Below are positions 7,928-14,512 of a stretch of DNA of 24,000 nt, one piece after another. Numbering within the stretch: position 1 is the first letter of the stretch; every line of letters begins with the position of its first letter. The notes under the pieces are model-generated. The model made no database searches. It saw only the letters and a program-made list of their open reading frames with translations, and was not told where the DNA came from. Source of the stretch: Candidatus Geocrenenecus arthurdayi (GTDB lineage: Archaea; Thermoproteota; Nitrososphaeria_A; Caldarchaeales; Wolframiiraptoraceae); contig JAKCEX010000013.1 of NCBI GenBank assembly GCA_023539395.1, positions 202-24,201 on the forward strand, in the 5' to 3' direction. The position numbers and the translations under genes were made by a program.

Positions 7928-9451
7928 GTGCTCCATTGGCTTGAGAAGAATCTTATCAAGATACTGAGAAGAATAGATAAACCTCTAAGTTTTGAAGAAG
8001 CTGCAAATCTCCTCAATAGAGATGTTGGAACAGTAGCCAAAACTGTTCAATGGCTTAGAGAGAAAGAGCTCCTTGAAGTAGAAACTAGAACAATCCACTT
8101 TGTTTCACTAGGTCCAGAAGGAGAAGCTTACTCTCTTGAAGGACTTCCTGAGAGGAGGCTAGTAGATCGGCTCTCAGACTTGGGTGGTGTCGTCAACATA
8201 GAGGAATTGAGGAAAAGCTTAGAGGAAAACATCTTCAAGATAGGTTTACTCTGGGCAAAGAAGAATGGATGGATACAAATAGAGGCTAGAAATTCTGAAA
8301 AATTTATTAAGCTTATCTATTATCCTCCAGAAACAAGTGAAGAAAAGATCCTTAAACAATTAAGAGAGAAGAAAACTATCGAGTTTGAAAGCCTTGACGA
8401 AGATTTGAAGAAAGCATGTCTAAATTTAAAGAGTAGACAGTCTGTTATCGAGATTGAAGAAATCAAGAAGTATTATATAAGACTCACTGAGAAAGCTTTA
8501 CGGATCCCACAAGAAGAATTGGAAGTAGAAGAAATTACTAGATTAACTCAAGACATGCTTATATCGGGTTCTTGGAGGCAGTATAGATTTAGTAAATTTA
8601 ACGTTAGTGCTCCATCTAAACCAGTCTACACTGGTAAAAGGCATCCTCTCCAAAGATTGATAAAAATTGTCAAAGAGAAATTTGTTGAAATGGGTTTTGA
8701 GGAAATACGGGGACCAGTTGTCGAGCTTGCATTCTGGAATTTTGATGCTCTATTCCAGCCTCAAGATCATCCTGCAAGAGATATGCATGACACCTTCTAT
8801 CTAGACCAGCCGAGGATTGGTCAGCTACCTGAAAACCTAGTAGAGAAAATAAAGAATGTACATGAAAAAGGAGGTTCAACAGGTTCACTTGGATGGAGAT
8901 ATCTATGGAAGAGGGAAGAAGCTGAGAAACTAGTCCTTAGAACTCATACAACTGCTACCACTATAAGATATCTAGCTGAGCATCCAGACCCGCCTATAAA
9001 AGTATTCTCAGTAGATAGAATATACAGGAATGAGAAAGTAGACTGGAAGCATTTAGCTGAATTCCATCAAATAGAAGGTATAGTAATGGATAAGGGAGTA
9101 TGTTTTAGAGACTTAATTGGGTTGATTAGAGAATTCTATTCCCGTCTAGGTTTAAAAGATGTAAAATTTAGACCTAGCTATTTCCCATATACTGAGCCTT
9201 CAGCTGAAGCTATAGTATATCTTAGAGAAAAGAATACATGGCTTGAGTTAATAGGTATGGGGATCTTTAGACCTGAAGTTACCCAGCCTCTCGGTGTAAA
9301 ATATCCAGTCCTAGCATGGGGTGGTGGTCTTGAGCGCCTTGCACTAGCACTATATGACCTAGAAGATATAAGAACATTCTACTTCAACGATCTTAGATGG
9401 ATTAGAAGTATCTCCAATATTTATCTTGAGAAGAAAATTGGTATGATGTAG
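7928..9451 (+). CDS. pheS: Phenylalanyl-tRNA synthetase alpha subunit
   Basis: N-terminal winged-helix-like repeats followed by the class II core: ARDMHDTFYLDQP, VDRIYRNEKVDWKHLAEFHQIEG, and motif 3 GIFRPEVTQPLGVKYPVLAWGGGLERLALALYDLEDIRTFY. Exact start is uncertain (GTG 7928 or ATT 7913). Confidence 0.96.
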   Translation: MLHWLEKNLIKILRRIDKPLSFEEAANLLNRDVGTVAKTVQWLREKELLEVETRTIHFVSLGPEGEAYSLEGLPERRLVDRLSDLGGVVNIEELRKSLEENIFKIGLLWAKKNGWIQIEARNSEKFIKLIYYPPETSEEKILKQLREKKTIEFESLDEDLKKACLNLKSRQSVIEIEEIKKYYIRLTEKALRIPQEELEVEEITRLTQDMLISGSWRQYRFSKFNVSAPSKPVYTGKRHPLQRLIKIVKEKFVEMGFEEIRGPVVELAFWNFDALFQPQDHPARDMHDTFYLDQPRIGQLPENLVEKIKNVHEKGGSTGSLGWRYLWKREEAEKLVLRTHTTATTIRYLAEHPDPPIKVFSVDRIYRNEKVDWKHLAEFHQIEGIVMDKGVCFRDLIGLIREFYSRLGLKDVKFRPSYFPYTEPSAEAIVYLREKNTWLELIGMGIFRPEVTQPLGVKYPVLAWGGGLERLALALYDLEDIRTFYFNDLRWIRSISNIYLEKKIGMM

Positions 9452-9481
9452 AGGTATGATAGACTAACGTGTCCGACATCC

Positions 9482-10072
9482 TTACTCTACGAATGCATAG
9501 GGTGGAGGGAGAGTCTTTAAACCAGTAATCCATTCTATGAATTTCCTTGCTGCTTTACCCCTATGTGAAATCTTATTCTTTTCATGCACCTCCATTTCTG
9601 CGAATGTTCTTCCATCTCCTTCTTCTGGTATAAAGATGGGATCAAATCCAAAACCACTAGTACCTCTGGGTTCGTAAGATATCTCACCACCAGCTTCTCC
9701 AGAGAATAGTTTAACCCCAGTATATGGTGAGTAAAATGCAATTACAGAATGAAAGATTGCTGATCTATTTGTTATATTGCTCATTAATTTTAAGATACCA
9801 TCCACCCCTATCGTTCTGTATACATAGGAAGAGTATGGCCCTGGGAAACCGTTAAGAGACCTAATGAAGAGACCAGCATCTTCAACTAGTACAGGTTCCC
9901 TCAGAATATTATATGCATAGATTACGCTCTCCCTCGCTATCTCTTTAAGATCCGTTGACTGTATTTCCTTAGTCTTCAAAAGCTCTACTCTATATTTTAG
10001 ATTAGACTGTTTAAAGATGGCTTCAAATTCTTTTATCTTACTTTTATTTGTCGTAGCAAGCGTAAACCTCAT
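9482..10072 (-). CDS. rdgB: XTP/dITP diphosphatase (RdgB/HAM1 family)
   Basis: Contains TTNKSKIKEFEAIF, VLVEDAGLFIRSLNGFPGPYSSYV, GTSGFGFDPIFIPEEGDGRTFAEM and KNKISHRGKAARKF. Confidence 0.95.
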   Translation of the reverse strand: MRFTLATTNKSKIKEFEAIFKQSNLKYRVELLKTKEIQSTDLKEIARESVIYAYNILREPVLVEDAGLFIRSLNGFPGPYSSYVYRTIGVDGILKLMSNITNRSAIFHSVIAFYSPYTGVKLFSGEAGGEISYEPRGTSGFGFDPIFIPEEGDGRTFAEMEVHEKNKISHRGKAARKFIEWITGLKTLPPPYAFVE

Positions 10073-10713
10073 TTCCTCCTCTCCTCCACATACCTACCTC
10101 TCATCCTTATTTCTCTTATCTTGGATATTAGATCCCTTGTAAAGTTTTCCCCCATTATCTCTGCATATCCTCGAAGAAAGCTATTCATAAATACCTCTCT
10201 TACACTGAAGTGCCCGCTCTCTAGGCTTCTATCTAGTAGATGAATATCTACTGCGAGATCTTCAAGTTCGTTTGTAAATATACTTAGTCCAAAATCTACA
10301 AAGTATAGTTTACCTGAACTATCTATCAAGATATTCGATGTTGTCAAGTCGCCATGCGTAATTCCTAATTTATGCATTTTTCCAACTAACCTTCCTAGAG
10401 AATATGAAACGTTGATTATCTCTTCTTCTCCTTTCCCATTAAGCCATCTTCGAAGCTCTACCCCATTAATATACTGCATATAGATAGTTGCCTCCTCTCT
10501 ATCGATTAATAATACTGCGGGGCATGGAATCCCAGCTCTCTTTAAGCTTAAAATCACCTTAACTTCATGTATCATCCTAGATTCTCTAACCTTTCTATCA
10601 AGCTCGGGAATCCTATATGGTTTAGGGACTCTATGCTTTGAAACAACCTCGAACCCCATAAAACTAAATTTTGAAATAACAGCTTCAGCACCAACCCTAA
10701 TAATATCACTCAT
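10069..10713 (-). CDS. bud32: KEOPS complex kinase/ATPase Bud32 (stand-alone, not fused to Kae1)
   Basis: Contains GAEAVI, KHRVPKPYRIPELDRKVRESRMIHEVKVILSLKRAGIPCP, GRLVGKMHKLGITHGDLTTSNIL and YFVDFGLS. Its stop overlaps the rdgB start by 4 nt. Confidence 0.94.
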   Translation of the reverse strand: MSDIIRVGAEAVISKFSFMGFEVVSKHRVPKPYRIPELDRKVRESRMIHEVKVILSLKRAGIPCPAVLLIDREEATIYMQYINGVELRRWLNGKGEEEIINVSYSLGRLVGKMHKLGITHGDLTTSNILIDSSGKLYFVDFGLSIFTNELEDLAVDIHLLDRSLESGHFSVREVFMNSFLRGYAEIMGENFTRDLISKIREIRMRGRYVEERRK

Positions 10714-10983
10714 ACCCTACTACACGATTTCCTAGAAGCGGGTAAAAAACATGTATGAAGATCCAGCTAATCCCGAATAATCTATACTGCCAGAGTTAAA
10801 GAGTTCATAGGAGAGCTTGAAAGATTTAAGATACATGCTTTAAGGTATGTTAATAGGATAGCAAATAAGTTATACAAAGACGCAGAGAGATAGTATTCTA
10901 TACGCATAACTCATATCATACAGAGTAGGAAAAAGAACTCCAACCTCTTCCAAGTTACTTCATACATACTCTACTAATAGAAG

Positions 10984-11056
10984 AGCCCGGGGAGGGATTT
11001 GAACCCCCGTGTAGCGGGTCTGCAGCCCGCCGCCTAAACCACTCGGCCACCCGGGC
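10984..11056 (-). tRNA. tRNA-Cys (anticodon GCA), no intron, CCA not encoded
   Basis: Minus strand: GCCCGGGTGGCCGAGTGGTTTAGGCGGCGGGCTGCAGACCCGCTACACGGGGGTTCAAATCCCTCCCCGGGCT. Acceptor stem is GCCCGGG/CCCGGGC with discriminator U. Anticodon arm is GCGGG-CUGCAGA-CCCGC. T-loop is UUCAAAU. Confidence 0.96.
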
Positions 11057-11093
11057 GAGACCTATGTTTCTCCGACTATTGAATTATTAGAGG

Positions 11094-11105
11094 CTATTTA
11101 AAAAT
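11094..11105 (-). promoter_or_regulatory. Putative TATA box for tRNA-Cys
   Basis: ctatttaaaaat on the + strand (ATTTTTAAATAG on the - strand), centred about 44 nt upstream of the tRNA 5' end. This implies a short 5' leader. Confidence 0.45.
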
Positions 11106-11210
11106 CTTAGTGCTGACTTGCTTATTGGAGAGGTATTTTTATTGGTATATCTTTGAAGATTATTTAAAGAGTAGGCTACTTGCTAAATTATCGGTTACGG
11201 TGAGACTGGA

Positions 11211-11984
11211 TTGAGTCTTATGAGGAGGAGAAGTGTTATTAATTTATTAAAGTCTAGGAGGAGTATTAGGATCTTTAAGCCTGTTAGTTTACCTGATGAA
11301 ATCGTTAAGTTACTTATAGAGGTTGGTGTGAGAGCTCCACCATTCTATCAATTGTATTCATTCATCTGGGTTAAAAGCTTCGAGAAAAGAGAGAAGCTAG
11401 CTGAATTATGTAGAGTTGAGGCTGTAAAGAATGCATCAGTAATCTTATTGGCATGTGGAGACCTAAGAAGATTCTCTAGGATGCTGGACATGCTAGAGCA
11501 TAAGCATATTCTATCTTCAGATAAGCATCCAGTTGAGACTATAATCAGTATATTCGAAACTGCATTAGCTGTAGAGAATATCATTATTGCTGCAGAATCT
11601 CTAGGTCTAGGTTCAGTTATACTTGATTGCCCCCTACTCTATGCCCAAAGTATTGCAGAATTATTCCAGCTTCCCAGAGGCGTTGTTCCACTTGCATTGA
11701 TATGTATTGGTGTTAGAGGGGAATCTCCACCATTAAGACCGAGGCTCCCATTAAACATTGTCTTACATGAAGATACATATAGAGAGCCGGCCGATGAAGA
11801 ATTAAAGAACTTCATGTCCCTTCTTGATAAGCATATGGAGTATGAAAACTACGTTAAGAAATACACTGGTAAAGATATTAAATTTGTAGATTACATTAAA
11901 GCAAAAACAGAGTTAACTAAAGAGATAGAGAAGGAGAATGAAACCCTTATCAAGTATCTTAGAGACAACATGTTCAGAATTTAG
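11211..11984 (+). CDS. Nitroreductase-family (FMN-dependent) protein with a Lys/Glu-rich C-terminal extension
   Basis: Contains LLKSRRSIRIFKPVSLPDEIVKLLIEVGVRAPPFYQLYSFIWV, ALAVENIIIAAESLGLGSVILDCP and PLALICIGVRGESPPLRPRLPL. TTG 11211 follows the SD-like GGTGA. Confidence 0.85.
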   Translation: MSLMRRRSVINLLKSRRSIRIFKPVSLPDEIVKLLIEVGVRAPPFYQLYSFIWVKSFEKREKLAELCRVEAVKNASVILLACGDLRRFSRMLDMLEHKHILSSDKHPVETIISIFETALAVENIIIAAESLGLGSVILDCPLLYAQSIAELFQLPRGVVPLALICIGVRGESPPLRPRLPLNIVLHEDTYREPADEELKNFMSLLDKHMEYENYVKKYTGKDIKFVDYIKAKTELTKEIEKENETLIKYLRDNMFRI

Positions 11985-11991
11985 TGAGTAA

Positions 11992-12002
11992 CATATTTAA
12001 TT
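11992..12002 (+). promoter_or_regulatory. Putative TATA box for the prenyl synthase gene
   Basis: catatttaatt about 30 nt upstream of ATG 12026, consistent with a leaderless transcript. Confidence 0.45.
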
Positions 12003-12025
12003 AAGGCTTGTTAAATAGAAGTAGT

Positions 12026-13096
12026 ATGGCAGGAGCGGAAATCAACATACTAGATATTTTAGAAGAGTATGGTAGGAGGATTACAGCAGAGATAGAGAAG
12101 TTTATCCCTAGAAGAGTTGATGAAGAATCTCTATCTAAGTTGATAGGTAAACCATTCTTCAAGTATGAGCCAGAATCAATAAACAAATCAGTATTGGAGC
12201 CTTTCTGGGATTTAATGAGTAGAGGTGGAAAAAGGTGGAGACCTGCACTAATGGTTATGGTTTATGAAGCCCTAGGTGGGAAGATAGAAGATATCCTACC
12301 ACTAACAATCATACCAGAGGTTATACATAATGGGACACTAGTAGTAGATGATGTTGAAGATGAAAGTGATTATAGGAGGGGGAAACCCTGTATCCATAAG
12401 ATTTACGGTGTAGACATAGCGATAAACATGGGTAACACAATGTATTTTCTTCCACTACTAATAATCTCAAAGATTAACCTACCGGATGACAAGAAGTTTA
12501 GGATACTTGATGAATATGTTAAGACGATGGTAGAATTGAGTATTGGGCAGGCGATGGACATTGCATGGCATAAAGGATTAGTCAATGACATAACGGAAGA
12601 ACAATATATGCAGATGACGTTATTGAAGACTGGAGCATTAGCAAGATTCTCTGTCAAGATAGCTTGTATAATGGCTGATGCATCTAGGGAAATTGAAGAA
12701 AAAATCTCAAGATTCTCTGAATCACTAGCAGTAGCTTTCCAAATCCAAGATGATATATTGAATATAATTGGTGAAGAATCAAAATATGGAAAAGAGATTG
12801 GAGGAGATATAAAAGAAGGGAAGAGGACACTCTTAGTAATTAAAGCTCTAGAAAACCTACCACCTCATAAAGCTGAACGCTTAAGAGAAATACTAAAAAT
12901 GAGAACGAGTAATGAAAACTTGATTAAAGAAGCAGTAAATCTCCTTAAAGAATCTAGGTCAATAGATTATGCTAGAAGAACTTGTATTGAACTCTTATCA
13001 AAAGCATGGAATGACTTAGATAAGGTTTTACCAAGTTCCCAAGCTAAGGAGAAGCTAAAAGCTTTAGCAAACTTCTTGATTTTCAGAGAATTCTAG
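12026..13096 (+). CDS. Trans-isoprenyl diphosphate synthase, geranylgeranyl diphosphate synthase-like
   Basis: First Asp-rich motif VIHNGTLVVDDVEDESDYRRGKPCIHKIYG; second motif AFQIQDDILNIIGEESKYGKEIGGDIKEGKRTLLVI. The track ORF starts at TTG 12008; ATG 12026 fits the upstream TATA spacing. Confidence 0.9.
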   Translation: MAGAEINILDILEEYGRRITAEIEKFIPRRVDEESLSKLIGKPFFKYEPESINKSVLEPFWDLMSRGGKRWRPALMVMVYEALGGKIEDILPLTIIPEVIHNGTLVVDDVEDESDYRRGKPCIHKIYGVDIAINMGNTMYFLPLLIISKINLPDDKKFRILDEYVKTMVELSIGQAMDIAWHKGLVNDITEEQYMQMTLLKTGALARFSVKIACIMADASREIEEKISRFSESLAVAFQIQDDILNIIGEESKYGKEIGGDIKEGKRTLLVIKALENLPPHKAERLREILKMRTSNENLIKEAVNLLKESRSIDYARRTCIELLSKAWNDLDKVLPSSQAKEKLKALANFLIFREF

Positions 13097-13260
13097 TGCT
13101 TATAGTGAAGTTATAAGATGTCCTCTACTCTCATCTCTAAACTAATTTTCATACTTACAGTACAGTATGTTCTTAGAATGATCCTAGATTTCAATTCTAT
13201 CGGAAATAAAAATATGGAGTTCTATGAATAATGTAGCCTAGGTTATGTTAGGTTAGCCAT

Positions 13261-14367
13261 TCATAGGTATAATCTTCTCTCAAGATCTACTAATCTTCTA
13301 AATGCTTTGAGCTTTTCTTCTCTCTCTATACTAGCCGATTCCAGCATCGATCTTAGAAATCTTATTGATTCATCCATTCTTCTTCTCGAAATAGGATAGG
13401 GTACACCATCTTTTCCACCATGAGCAAATGTGAATTTTATGGGGTCTCTCCAATCTATTTGTACCCCATAGATTAATGTAGAGATTAGAGCTAAAGCTCT
13501 TAGGGTTGATGGTCCTATTCCTTCTATCTGGAGCAGTTCTTCATATCTGCTTGGTCTTATATCGTATGCTTTCCTAATTGCTTTCCAGTTTATCTTTCTA
13601 GGCATATCGAGATGTGGGGGGAGCTGAACTTCAAAATCGGTATCTATCCATCTCGTTAATGTTTCCTGCTTATTTAGTGAGAGATTTATTAATCTAACTA
13701 GTTTTGATGGATTCTCTGAGATTAAGTCTACTGAGATTTTTCTAGCTTCTCTACTCTTCCTGGATGTTAAGTTAAGGACTATTTCTTCTACTCTATCGCC
13801 AGCTATCCCACTATGTGGTTCTTCTACGAAGCTTACTATATTTTCACTTATCCAATGATATCTTCTAGCATACTTACTTGGTAGATTCATTCCTTGCTGA
13901 ACTACAGCCCAGTCTCCATTTTCAGTGAATATTATAGTGTGGTGGTATATATTGTATCCATCTTGGAGAACAGCATTATCTACTTTTGCTGAGAGTTTAC
14001 TAGCTTTAATCAGCTTAATCTTTAATTCCTCAGAGATGTCAACTTTGTGGATCAATTGTGGAGTCCTTATACCCATTGCTCCTTTACCTCCGATAACAGC
14101 GATTCCATGAGTATTCAGCTTAACTGATTCTCTAAGTGCACCGGTAACTACTGTTGTTAGACCACTGGAGTGCCAATCAAAGCCTAACACGCATCCAAAT
14201 GCTTGAAACCAGTAGGGGTCTCCGATTCTCCTTAATACTTCCCGTCTTCCAAGTTCTTCTACCATAACCTTTATTATTGCATCTGCAAGATTCTTCATTC
14301 TATCCATTAGCCATGGAGGTACATGACCAGTATGTAGAGGGAGGTCAGCTGTTCCACTAATACTCAA
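13261..14367 (-). CDS. DUF763 (COG1415-like) protein, function unknown
   Basis: N-terminal SGTADLPLHTGHVPPWLMDRM; internal GGKGAMGIRTPQ, EEPHSGI, and HhH-like LLQIEGIGPSTLRALALIS; FAHGGKDGVPYPISRRRMDESI. TTG start at 14367 after an AGGAG SD. Confidence 0.85.
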   Translation of the reverse strand: MSISGTADLPLHTGHVPPWLMDRMKNLADAIIKVMVEELGRREVLRRIGDPYWFQAFGCVLGFDWHSSGLTTVVTGALRESVKLNTHGIAVIGGKGAMGIRTPQLIHKVDISEELKIKLIKASKLSAKVDNAVLQDGYNIYHHTIIFTENGDWAVVQQGMNLPSKYARRYHWISENIVSFVEEPHSGIAGDRVEEIVLNLTSRKSREARKISVDLISENPSKLVRLINLSLNKQETLTRWIDTDFEVQLPPHLDMPRKINWKAIRKAYDIRPSRYEELLQIEGIGPSTLRALALISTLIYGVQIDWRDPIKFTFAHGGKDGVPYPISRRRMDESIRFLRSMLESASIEREEKLKAFRRLVDLERRLYL

Positions 14368-14410
14368 TCTACTCCTATGTATTAGATAGTCATGGTGTAG
14401 TTAATTTTTA

Positions 14411-14420
14411 CCTTTATATG
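14411..14420. promoter_or_regulatory. Shared TATA-like element between the divergent DUF763 and hppA genes
   Basis: cctttatatg on + (TTTATATG); the reverse complement reads CATATAAA. It is about 45 nt from the DUF763 start and about 95 nt from the hppA start. Confidence 0.4.
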
Positions 14421-14512
14421 CTTTCTACGTTTAATGCATAGAGCTTATCTTAATGTTGAAGTATTATGATTTATTTGTTAAAGGACGTGGAAGAATTAGG
14501 GGGTGTTAACCT

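Noticed and set aside
6246-9741. ORFs 6246-6464(-), 7033-7215(-), 7855-8040(-), 8670-8888(-), 9535-9741(+)
   Set aside because: Antisense shadows of mptE, mtnP, pheS and rdgB.
11348-12657. ORFs 11348-11584(-), 12001-12186(-), 12403-12657(-)
   Set aside because: Antisense shadows of the nitroreductase and prenyl synthase genes.
13925-14110. 61-aa + strand ORF
   Set aside because: Antisense to the DUF763 gene.
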